A DNA stretch of 34,106 nt. It comes from Chiloscyllium plagiosum. Lineage: Eukaryota. The position numbers and the translations under genes are program-made. The DNA lies in NCBI RefSeq assembly GCF_004010195.1, contig NC_057719.1, positions 60,089,410 through 60,123,515 of the forward strand, in the 5' to 3' direction. Below, in pieces: positions 11,731 to 21,984 of this stretch. The notes under the pieces are model-generated. The model worked only from the letters and a program-made list of their open reading frames with translations. It did not search any database and was not told the origin of the DNA. The number at the start of each line of letters is the position of its first letter. The stretch's first letter is position 1.

Positions 11731-11808
11731 CAAGGTTTGTGAAGGTTTGTAGCTCAGGTTGAGGTTTATGGATATCAAACCTACAGCTCAGCGAGCAAAC
11801 CTACACCC
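11731..11808. mobile_element. 78-bp Penelope-like micro-insertion (related to the 28546-29215 element) with 19-bp flanking direct repeat
   Basis: TAAATACTAAGTGTTTTTG at 11712-11730 and 11809-11827. TTTGTAGCTCAGGTTGA is the reverse complement of the tail at ~29186-29202. CAGCTCAGCGAGCAAACCTAC matches 29156-29175 in the opposite relative orientation. Confidence 0.8.
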
Positions 11809-12094
11809 TAAATACTAAGTGTTTTTGTAACTCTACACAATAGGAACCTAAAACTGTCAAGCTAATTTAGTTTTCAAATTAAAATATAGGTTTTATTTCA
11901 TTTTCTATACAGTTTTATTGGTTCTCTGGAATAGTTATGCATCAATCATTACTCTGAACTACATATTATCTGTGACAGGCTTATATTTTAAGTTTTATGT
12001 TTACAATTATACAACAAAACCAGCTTGGTAGTGTCAATGGAGGCAGGATTGTTGGAGAATTATTGAAATTGGCAGTTTTAGTTGTAACTTTGTG

Positions 12095-12345
12095 GGCAGC
12101 AGTTATGCCTCTCAGTCAGAAGGCTGTGTTTTATATTTCCTCACCAAACACTGAACACAAAATATTGGATATTTCTTCAATGCAGTACTGAGGGAGTACT
12201 GCAATGCTGGAAGGGCAGTGTTTTAGAAAAAAACCACTAAACTGAGGTTCTGGCTACTCTACCCATCAAGTTACACTTTTTAAAGAGCAGTAGGGAGTTC
12301 CAAAATTCTTGCAAGCCTTTACCCTTCAGCCAACTTTAACAAAAT
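12095..12345 (+). mobile_element. Ancient Deu-domain SINE (SacSINE1/AmnSINE-related)
   Basis: CCTCTCAGTCAGAAGG head, the diagnostic TGCAGTACTGAGGGAGTACTGCA, then AAACTGAGG and AAGAGCAGTAGGGAGTTC in the order I recall for the Deu domain. Confidence 0.7.
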
Positions 12346-12819
12346 AGACCTTTCTTCTTTTCAAGCTTGTGGATTTTACCTTCAGTCACACATGAATGTG
12401 GTTCGGATGAAGGCATTTGAAAAACACATACGGTACACACTCAATTATCTGCACTCCCACAATCTGCATTCTTGTTTATTTGAGAAGACTTATTGAGAAT
12501 AGTGCAGGAGGAGCTGCCAGCATTTCCTTTCAGAACTTTTGTTAGCTGTACTTCCGTCAGCAAGATATGCTGTTTCTGTAACAGCTGATCTGAGGTAATT
12601 AGCTTGCTCCAAGCTCCCCAGTGAGCTTGCATGGATCTCCAGCCAAATAAACCACTTCTACACCAAGATAGTGGGCCAAAAATGCTCCTTTGGTACCAAC
12701 CACAACATTCCCACACACGGCGATAGAAATGTGTGTTAAAGACTGCATTTTATCAACTTGAAGCTCTATTACTGGCCTCCATGATGCTGATCCCATGAAG
12801 CCTCTGACTTCAAACCTGA

Positions 12820-13146
12820 AATGGCACAGAGGCTGAGTGGTTAGAACTGCTGCCACACACCACCAGGGATCCAGGTTCAATTCCATCCTCGGGTGACTCT
12901 TTGTGTGGAATTTGCATGTTTTTCCCTTCTACGCACTGGTTTTCTACGGGTGCTCCTGTTTCCTCCCACAGTCCAAAGATGTGCAGGTTAGGTGGATTGT
13001 CCATTGTGTTCAGGGATGTGTAGGCCTGGCAGATGTAGGATTATGGTATACAATGGGGGCTGGGTCTGGGTGGAATGTTCTTTGGATGGTCAGTGCAGAC
13101 TTGATGAGCTGAATGGCCTCCTTCTGCATTGTAGGGATGGTATGAT
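12820..13146 (+). mobile_element. HE1-type tRNA-derived V-SINE, diverged
   Basis: A box GGCTGAGTGG, B box GGTTCAATTCC, V-domain TTTCCTCCCACAGTCCAAAGATGTGCAGG and CR1-like tail GCTGAATGGCCTCCTTCTGC. Confidence 0.88.
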
Positions 13147-15682
13147 ACAAGCCAAGTTTTATATCTTACATCAGCTGGAGATAACAGATGTATCTTTATA
13201 ATACAGAAGCTTTGTGAAATCTCAGCTGATGTTATGCACGTGACAAGAGATAGGTGTTGTAAGTCTTTAGTGTTTATAACTGGCAGGGTTGTGCAATGGA
13301 GATAAGCACCATTGGAAAATACCAAAGCCAAAACATGCAAAAAGCAGCATGTTCAAAGCAATGATCATCTGTGCAATGTTTGAACTCTTAATCACCTGTC
13401 AATTTCATTTATGGCTGAAAATTGAAGCTCTGATGTTTAATTATTTGTGATAAGCATAACCCTCTCTGCCATTTAGCAATAATGTTCTATGTATTTATTA
13501 TACACTGACACATTTATAGATTAAAATAGTGGATGCCCAATACCACTGTTTACAATTAATGTAAGGTAAACGAAGTTATTTTACCAGTCCTTGTCATTTT
13601 TGTGCTACTGATTCTCCCTGACTTGTTTTTGAATTATTGTCAACTGGAGCGCATCTCTTCTCGTGCTGGAAGGGAAGTGACAGCTGGTCAAAACGAGCAC
13701 AGAAGGGTTGAAAACATTAGAAATATTTATAATGGGTCAGATCACACCATCAGTGCAGGACCTATGGCCCTTCAGTTTTACACTGACATCTTAGGAGTTA
13801 CCTGTCTCATCTATAGCTTGAATCTAGCGGAGTGATGAGTTGTAAAGTCTAGTAATGAGGTATAATTGCAGTGATACCACTTGCCCTTTACACATCACAA
13901 ACTGAAGACATGCCTTGCGAGATCTGCTCACAGTTCAGTGAATATCACAGTTTTTAAATGTACTTGTTAATTGTCTTTAATTTTAGGTTTCCCCGGTCAA
14001 TACTGTTACCCCTTCAACTGCTCACCCCTTCCACATGCCCAACAATATTCAACATAATCACCCTACCCTGCCAATTTCCCACTTGACACTGCTCACCCCT
14101 TACTCACATCAGGCACAATCCCTCCTGATAGTGGTCACCTTTGACCTTACACTGTTCAACCCATTCCGAGGGCCCTACAGTGTTCACCACATGCCCTGAC
14201 ACTGCACAATCCCTCCCAAGACTTGTTTATGTCCCTCCTGGCACTGCCAGTTTTATCAGCTGGTTGGCATTAGTATTTTCTGGGTTCATCACCTGTCTGG
14301 CAGCCAAGTAAACTAACAGACTGGTCAGTGTATAGGAGAAAAGACCAGTGGGGCATAGTTGCAATGAAGGACCCTTTGAAATGGCCCTGGCAATTGATGG
14401 TGGGACAAGAAATCTCTATCAGCCTGGGAAAGGTGTTGATAATTGGGGTTGGTGTGATCAGGGTAGGGAAAGGCTCAAGGCTTTGTTGATGGGTATAGAG
14501 AAATAAGGATGGCTGACAGAAATATTTACCTTAAGGAAGTCTCCCACACCAAAGAAATCTGTGTAGCAGCTGTAAAATTCAATTTAAGCTCTTCTAATTT
14601 CACAGAGAATCTAATTTAAAGATCTTTCAGTTAAAAAGAAAGTACATATATAGAATGCAGGTTTGCATCACATTCTGCACTTTTTCCAGTTTTTAAATAC
14701 CTCAAAGTCCAGCTAGGGAGGGTTAACATCGATGTTTATATCTCTGGGTAGGGTCTCACTGTGAGGGAGGAGTGTTATATTGGCACAGTTACAAAGGAGC
14801 AACTTGTTTTCCATTTCTATTCCCGCTCATGGTTTTGCTACCATGCTACTTTAATAGGATCCACAACAAATCCAGGTCCCATGACAAGAAGCTGGATCTG
14901 CCAGTTAGTTACTGAAGCTCATTAACATGTTAGAAAAACTTTCTTCAGTGGTGCCCAGAGAAATAGCACTTGTCCCAAGGTCTGTGTATTATTCTGATCC
15001 TGTAAGTGGTCCTGAGGGGAAGCAGACTTTCCAGATTCTATGCACAGTGGAAGGCTACACATCTGGCAGAAAATCCTGTTATCCTAGGGTATGACTGGGC
15101 TGTAATTATCCAGTCTCGCTCGTTGATTCTTCAATAGGATTGGGACAGCAAAAGTGTCCATGCACTCTTTGCTGCATTTCAACTTACTTTAATATTATGC
15201 TGGTTTTCTGTCAAAAGTGTAATCATATTCAATCACAAAAAGACACCATCAGCCGTATTTCCAATATTTTGGCATAACAGTGCAGAATACACAGAACATG
15301 TGCCTCTCTGGCATGCAGCATTGCAATGGATCAGATTGTAGCTACTAAAATACTATGCCTGGGAAATCTGTGTACCAGTGCCATGCCCTGGAATGATTTA
15401 AAAACATTCTGATAATTTTCAGCTGGCACCGTGGAGGAGTGTCCACAGTCTTGAGATCAAACTGCAGTCATTGTACACAGGCTTTGCCTTTGCCAGAGAA
15501 ATCTGCTGAACCAACATAAATGACCCCAAAGCAAGACAGTCAGCCCAGATGAGGGGTGCATTACTGTATGAAAATTACATGTCTTGATCACAAAAAGCAG
15601 GACAAATCCAACTCCGCCAATTACCGCCCCATTAATCTACTCTCGATCATCAGTAAAGCCGGAAGGTATCATCAACAACTCT

Positions 15683-15900
15683 TTGAGGAGAAAGTGAGGT
15701 CTGCAGATGCTGGAGATCAGAGCTGGAAATGTGTTGCTGGAAAAGCGCAGCAGGTCAGGCAGCATCCAGGGAACAGGAGAATCGACGTTTCGGGCATAAG
15801 CCCTTCATTCCTGAAGAAGGGCTTATGCCCGAAATGTCGATTCTCCTGTTCCCTGGATGCTGCCTGACCTGCTGCGCTTTTCCAGCAACACATTTCCAGC
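15683..15900. mobile_element. Young Penelope-like fold-back element, family A, with perfect 15-bp TSD
   Basis: 85-bp inverted arms at 15722-15806 / 15816-15900 with a single mismatch (15835), 9-nt loop, 39-nt tail at 15683-15721. TSD ATCATCAACAACTCT at 15668-15682 and 15901-15915. Confidence 0.88.
15811..15838 (+). ncRNA. Minimal hammerhead ribozyme motif (Penelope type)
   Basis: CUGAAGA-A-GGGC-UUAU-GCCC-GAAA-UGUC: core boxes and perfect helix II. The ACGU palindrome has decayed to AUGU; the opposite arm retains GAAACGUC. Confidence 0.6.
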
Positions 15901-17964
15901 ATCATCAACAACTCTATCAAGCAGCACCTGCTCAGCTATAACCTGCTCACTGACGCCCAGTTTGAGTTCACCAGAGTCACTCAGCTCCTGACCTCGTTAC
16001 AGCCTTGGTTCAAACATGGACAGAAGAGTTGAATTCCAGAAATGAGGTGACAGTGACAGCTCTTTACATTAAGGTTGCATTTGACTGAATGTGGTATTGA
16101 GGAACCATAGTAAAACGGGAATCAATGGGTATCAAGGGGAAAACACTCCACTGGTTAGAGTCATACCTGATACATAGGAAGATGATTGTGGTTGTTAGAG
16201 GGCAGTCATCTCAGCTCCAGGACATTTCTGCAGGGGTTCCTTCAAGTAATGTCCTCAGCCCAACTATCTTCCGCTGCTTCATCAATGACCTTCACCATCA
16301 TAAGGTTAGAAATGGGGATGTTTGCTGATGTTTAGCATCTTTCACAACTCCTCACATACTAAAAACAGTCCATGTTCTAATGCAACAAGATCCGGACAAT
16401 ATCCAGGCTTGGGCTGACAAGTGGCAACTAATATTTATTCCATACAAATGTCAGACAATGACCATCTCCAATCAGAGACAATCTAACCATCGCTCATTGA
16501 TATTCAATGATGTTACCATCACTGAAAATCCCGCCATTAACAGTCTGGGGTTATCCTTAACCAGAAACTCAACTTGACTCATTGTATAAATACAGTGGCT
16601 ACAGCAGCAGGTCAGAGGCTAGGAACACTGCAGTGAGTTACTCACCTCCTGACTTTCCAAAGCCTGTCCATCAACTACAAGGCACAAGTCAGGAGTGTGA
16701 TGGAATGCTCCCCCTTTGACTGGATGTGTGCAGCACCAACAACACCCAAGAAGCTGGACACCATCCAGGACGAAACAGCCCATTTGATTGGTACCACATC
16801 CATAAGCATGCACTCTCTACCACCACCAATGCTCAGTAGCAGCAGTACGTACTATCTACAAGATGCACTGCAGAAATTTGCCAAGGACATTTAGGCAGAA
16901 TCTTCCAAATGCATGACCATTTTCATGTAGAAAGACAAGGGCAGCAGATAATGGGAACACAACTATAAGCAACTCCCATTCAAGCCAATCACTATCCTGA
17001 CTTGGAAATATATCACTGTTCCGTCATTCTTTCTGGATCAAAATCTTGGAATTCCCTTCAAAAGGGCATTGTGTGTGTGTACTGACACCACATGGACTTC
17101 AGTGATTCAAGAAGGCAGCTCTCCACCACCGTCTCAAGGGCAACTAGGGATGGACAATAAATGCTGGCCAGCTAGTGATGTTCGTGTCTCATGAACAAAT
17201 TTTAAAATGGCTCATTGGAGATATGCCTCAACTCCATAACAATGAAAATTGTGGTCTGTTCTGCTAAATGGCAAATTTAACGACTGTACGAAAAATGAAT
17301 CTGAGAAGAAATCTGGATTTCAGCCCAAAATTTTAATATTTCTCTGGTGAAACATAGAAGTTATTAGCAACATCCTCTATTGCAGTTCACATATGTGTTA
17401 CACAGTAAATAGATCTTAGAGGCCCATGCAAACAAATCTGAACTGTGAAGAAATGCTTCAATTAAATGTTGTGAATCAACATACTTGCTTTGGGTGCCTC
17501 TAAATGATGACATATTGCAATACTGAACTCTAATTGCATTGGCCAATGTCAGCCCATATTTAGTAAACAACAGCTGTTCAGAGGCTGTGTCATATTTGTC
17601 TAAATTTATGATTGCATCCCTTGAGAATTAATTTCCATGCAATGTGACAGACACAAATGAAGATAGTGATTAAAAGGTTTGTGTCTGCACATAACACTGT
17701 ACCTGCAGATAGTACAAAATTTATAATTGCAAACTTTAGCAAACAGAAAACTTACTGAGAATATTGCTTTACCTGTAAAACACAAGTCAATCAGGTTAAA
17801 ATGATCAGTTGATTGTTGCATGGTACTGTGTGCGCTTGTTAATACTTTGCAACATCACATGTTAACAGGATTTTGTGCACCATATTTCAGTAACCTTTTA
17901 GCTAATGATAAAATCATGTCTTACATTTCTTCAGATGGATGAAAGAATCAGGATGCATATCATG

Positions 17965-18060
17965 GATCATAGAATAGTACAGCACAGTACAGGCCCTTCA
18001 GCCCTTGATGTGCCGCCAACCTTTTATCTTACTCTAAGATCAAACTAAACTACATACCCT
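17965..18060 (-). mobile_element. Short CR1-type 3' tail fragment
   Basis: CATAGAATAGTACAGCACAGTACAGGCCCTTCAGCCC is the reverse complement of the GGGCTGAAGGGCCTGT..TGTGCTGTA terminus. Confidence 0.75.
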
Positions 18061-19222
18061 TCTTATGTGTTTCTGCAAATACATTTCTCAATATCATGGT
18101 CCATTCTAGCATTGAGACAGGATATATGCAGCCTGTTCCTGGGTCACTATTAAAACAATTAGTAGTACTTTTGAGAGAGTGAGGAAAAATGAGATTTCCT
18201 CCTTCCATTCTCTGAATTTAATCACTTCTGGAATCATGTGTGTTTACTGAGAATATCTGTGATGGACAGCTAGAGAAAGAACCCAAAACCTAACTGTACA
18301 GCAGAAAATGTACCATTTCAAAATTTTATCTCCCTTGACAGTCAGTAATATTTTTGATTTAATTGAAGATCTTTTATTCACAAATACGGTAAATTTTTTC
18401 TTGCAGTTTTCAGACCCATCTATAAACAGCTTTTCTCACAACTCCTTTATATTTTCTGTTCTTTCCCTTATTTTTAAGGGTCTCAGATATCTTGGATCTC
18501 CCGTTATTTCATTCAGGAGATGAACAATCTGTTTTTACGCACTGACATACTGTTTTCATCCAGTTCATCCAGTTCATTCAGTCTGCTCCCTATGTATAAG
18601 TCTCTGCTCTCTGCTTTGCATTTGTTACCACAGCTGTCATTTTAGGGTTTAATGAGTATGCAGATGCATTTTTGAGGTAAGATGAGATGTCCCTGTGACC
18701 TCAGTAATCATGTGTTTGTGTTTTCCCAAGAAATTGGACCCTTTAGTGCTCAGCCTTCAGCTGTATTGTACAGCATAACAATAAACAGTTTAACAGTTAC
18801 TAAGGGTGGCCAAGGCTTGTATCAGACCCAAAGAAAAAACGCAGAAAGACAATGAAGCAATGGCATCATTAAAATGTGGGACTCAGTATACTGAGTGTTA
18901 AACACAAATCCCGACTCTCACATTCTGCAAACAAAGCACTGGAATCAACCTGAAATGTACATAGCAATTTCAAAACTATTGTATTGTTCATGTCTGATCG
19001 CAATACGCTGCTGGCTTTATTTTAGTATTAAAAAAAACTTGTTGAGTTTCCATAGGGATGTTTGTGGACCTGTGCAAACAGGAACTTCTCCAAACACATT
19101 TAAGGATCTATTTTATCAACATTCTGTGAAGGACAGTTTACTCTGTAAGAAATTCTACTCAAAGTGACATTCATCTATGAAGCTTATTTGCAGTCTACTA
19201 CTGTAGTTAGCTATATACTCAC

Positions 19223-19329
19223 AATCCAAGTGGCTGTGCCTGATCCCTTCAACATCCTCAGCATGAATGAAGTAATAGCATCGTTTGCCCACAATATCTA
19301 CAGGAGTTAGATCCATATAGTCACTAATC
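19223..19329 (-). CDS. npas3: NPAS3 internal coding exon, 107 nt (PAS-B core); not in the ORF track
   Basis: Minus strand reads ctgcag|G ATT AGT GAC...TTG GAT T|gtgagt, giving (R)[35 protein letters not shown](L). Phase 2 in and phase 1 out join both neighbours in frame. Confidence 0.96.
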
Positions 19330-19529
19330 CTGCAGGATACAGAAGCAGAAATGAATCAATATTAAACAGTATAGAATGGTTCCTCAGAAAATAAATTAGT
19401 GGTTTGAAAATACAGTATAGTAAAATGAAATATGCACCATTATGCAAATATATACAACGTATGGGGAGCTATGGGATGCAATTTTTAAAAAAATGTTTGT
19501 GTTATGGGAGTGTCACTGGCTACATGAAC

Positions 19530-19845
19530 ATTTTCCCTGGGGTGGGAGAGCCCAGAACAGGGGGGTATAGGTTTAGGGTGAGAGGGGAACATTTAAAAAG
19601 GATCTAAGGGGCAACTTTTTCACGCTGAGGGTGGTGCTTGTATGGAATGAGCTGCCAGAGGAAGTGGTGGAGGCCGGTACATTACACCATTTAAAAGACA
19701 TCTGGATGGATATATGAATACAAAAGGTTTAGAGGGATATGGACTAAGTGCTGGAAAATGAGACTAGATTAGTTTAGGATATCTTGTTGACATGGACTGG
19801 TTGGATCAAAGGGTCTGTTTCAGTGCTGTATATCTCTAAGACTAT
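19530..19845 (+). mobile_element. CR1-clade LINE 3' fragment, same family as 6118-6667
   Basis: Shares GGATCTAAGGGGCAACTTTTTCA- and GTATGGAATGAGCTGCCAGAGGAAGT-type blocks with 6425-6490, and the same 3' terminus. Confidence 0.9.
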
Positions 19846-20089
19846 TAAATGTCCAACCCTATTTGCCGACAGGGCAGTTAAAGGTCTGTGGGTCTAGAGC
19901 CACATATCCACCAGATATGGTCAGAATAGCAGACTTCCTTCCCTAAATGAGATTATAAAATAGTTAGGTTTTTATACAATTGACAATAGTTATACAGTCA
20001 CCATTAAGCTAGGTTTTTCTTCCCCTGATTTTCATTGATTTGAAGTTTCACTATGTGCCATAGCAGGATTCAAACCATGTCTGCAGCAC
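19846..20089 (-). mobile_element. Older shark SINE, interrupted; its tail probably continues at ~19500-19527
   Basis: GGATTCAAACC is the reverse complement of a B box. Body AGACTTCCTTCCCTAAA. Tail pieces resemble the reverse complement of the LINE 3' end at 17135-17190. Confidence 0.6.
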
Positions 20090-20435
20090 GGGCGGCACAG
20101 TGGCTCATGGGGCGGCACGGTGGCTCAGTGGTTAGCACTGCTGCCTCACAGCACCAGGGACCCGGGTTCAATTCCCATCTCGGACAACTGTCTGTGTGGA
20201 GTTTGCACATTCTCCCAGTGTCTGCGTGGGTTTCCTCCGGGTGCTCCGGTTTCCTCCCACAATCCAAAGATGTACAGGTTAGGTGAAATGACCATGCTAA
20301 ATTGCCTGTAGTGTTAGGTGCAGGGGTAAATGTAAGGGAAAGGGTCTGGGTGGGTTGGTCTTCAGAGGGTCTGTGTGGACTTGTTGGGCTGAAGGGCCTG
20401 TTTCCACACTGTAGGGAATCTAAGAAATCTAAGAA
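20090..20435 (+). mobile_element. HE1-type V-SINE, full length, with duplicated 5' 18 nt
   Basis: A box TGGCTCAGTGG, B box GGTTCAATTCC, V-domain, tail GGGCTGAAGGGCCTGTTTCCACACTGTA plus (AATCTAAGA)2. Confidence 0.93.
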
Positions 20436-20769
20436 AACATTAAAACACTGATATGGGCATAAAATAATTGGATTAATCCCTCATCCTTCTTATTTGAGCT
20501 CAGCTATGAATAGAGGCACCAAGTGGGGGTCAGTCAGGCAATGTTTGCAGTACTGAGCGGAAAACATTACATGCACTGCCACCAGTCAGCTGTTGCATAG
20601 GTTAGGCAGCCAATCATGAATGGCATGGACTGTTTATCATCTGTACACTTGTATGGTGGCTTGGATTGAATCATCAAGTAAAAAAAAAATGAGTAAAAGG
20701 AATTACACATCCTTATTTAAAAGATAAAGAAACATGAAATTCAGAGAAATGAAAGGTAAGATTGCTTAC

Positions 20770-20963
20770 CGATTTTCACAGTAAACAATATTGAGGTCCA
20801 TATTTACTCTGGTGACAAACATTTGGCAGTCAATCCTGACTTCATTAATAGTGGGAGGCGGCAAAGCATGAGCCACAACGACTAGACCTATAATTTGAGT
20901 AGGCAGCACACGTCCATGTGAAAGAGATACTCTCAACCGTAACCGTCCAGTTATATGAATGAC
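20770..20963 (-). CDS. npas3: NPAS3 internal coding exon, 194 nt (end of PAS-A/linker and start of PAS-B)
   Basis: Minus strand reads tttcag|GTC ATT CAT...AAT CG|gtaag. Translation [64 protein letters not shown](R) closely matches vertebrate NPAS3 as I recall it. Phase 0 start, phase 2 end. Confidence 0.95.
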
Positions 20964-21859
20964 CTGAAACACAGTAATGATATTACAAAGTGTAAATGTT
21001 AGCTGTCAGCCAGCTCATCTTCTGAAAACTGGCCACTTTGAATGTAATACCTGTTGAATACAATGAGTTTTTTTTCTTCCCCTTGTATTTTTGAATTACT
21101 TACAAAAAAAGCACAATGTAGTACGATTCCAGATATGGAAAGGTAATATTGAGAGAAAAAAAAGGGTACAAAATGCCTCTGTTGAATAATTGCATCAAAA
21201 GGGAAAATAGTTTTGGATTTTAGAAAGTGCGAATGTACTATTTGTTAGTGTTTAACAGTTTTCTGACAATTCATATATTTTCAACAAATGGATTGAGGAA
21301 CCTTATAGGAAAGACTGAAATAAATACATTTGTGCTTAGTGAGGGCATGGTAACAGCAGACCACTGAAACTTGTTTATAATTATGCACCATTGGATGTTT
21401 GTTGTAAAGTAATACCTAACACCAGGTCAAAACTAACACAGCTTAACACAGGAATAATCTGAAGTGGCACCCAAGTCTCTTGCATCTAATTTTTCTTTCT
21501 GTTACAATTCTGGAAGAAATGCATCTCAACTGTGAGTTATTTCCACGAAAGAATGTTTTTGATACAAAAAGTTATTTGATTCTCGTTCTCCCACCAGAAA
21601 GACTAGTTGATGGATTAGCTTCAGTCTGGCCTCATCTTCTGATGTTTTTTGTCTTGAGTGAACCCAGTCGAGTTTTATATTACTATCAGTAAGCTAAATG
21701 ACATAGTAACATGCAAGCCTTCCTATGACAGAGTACAGACCTTGGAGAGGGAACAGTTTAGGGCCTACTGCTCTGTCCTGAACACCATTGATGTGTTGGT
21801 TCTTGGCTGATATATCTTTGTGGTTCAGTGGCTGTTGATTGGCTGTTATTGTTTTCAGG

Positions 21860-21984
21860 GAGGAGAAAGTGAGGACTGCAGATGCTAGAGATCAAAGTCG
21901 AAGAGTGTGGTGCTGGAAAAGCACAGCTGATCAGGCAGCATCTAAGGAGCAGGACAGTCGATGTTTCGAGCATAAACTCTTCAG
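21860..21984 (-). mobile_element. Single-arm Penelope-like family A fragment (tail plus arm)
   Basis: Colinear with 15685-15806 (GAGGAGAAAGTGAGGACTGCAGATGCT...GTCGATGTTTCGAGCATAA) but more diverged, with no second arm. Confidence 0.82.

Larger units (their letters stand above)
15571..17205 (+). mobile_element. 5'-truncated CR1-clade LINE, RT pseudogene (distinct family), interrupted by a Penelope-like insertion
   Basis: HKKQDKSNSANYRPINLLSIISK, GIKGKTLHWLESYL, SAGVP..VLSPTIF..FINDL, FAD, IQAWADKWQ, with frameshifts. 3' end CTCAAGGGCAACTAGGGATGGACAATAAATGCTGGCC. Confidence 0.9.

Noticed and set aside
13640..15560. C-rich then G-rich tracts with repeated ACTGCTCACCCCTT; possible old DNA transposon
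   Set aside because: No terminal inverted repeats could be defined.
15717..15941. MCCWKSAAGQAAS... ORFs on both strands (also 2776-2964)
   Set aside because: Artefact of the palindromic repeat; not a gene family.
18556..18582. (TTCATCCAG)x3 tandem repeat
   Set aside because: Trivial slippage repeat; there is no CRISPR-like array anywhere in the window.
20109..20180. tRNA gene
   Set aside because: The A/B boxes belong to a SINE head that continues into the V-domain and LINE-like tail.
20766..20972. 68-aa ORF as a standalone gene
   Set aside because: It is the 194-nt npas3 exon read through its splice sites; the start and stop are intronic.
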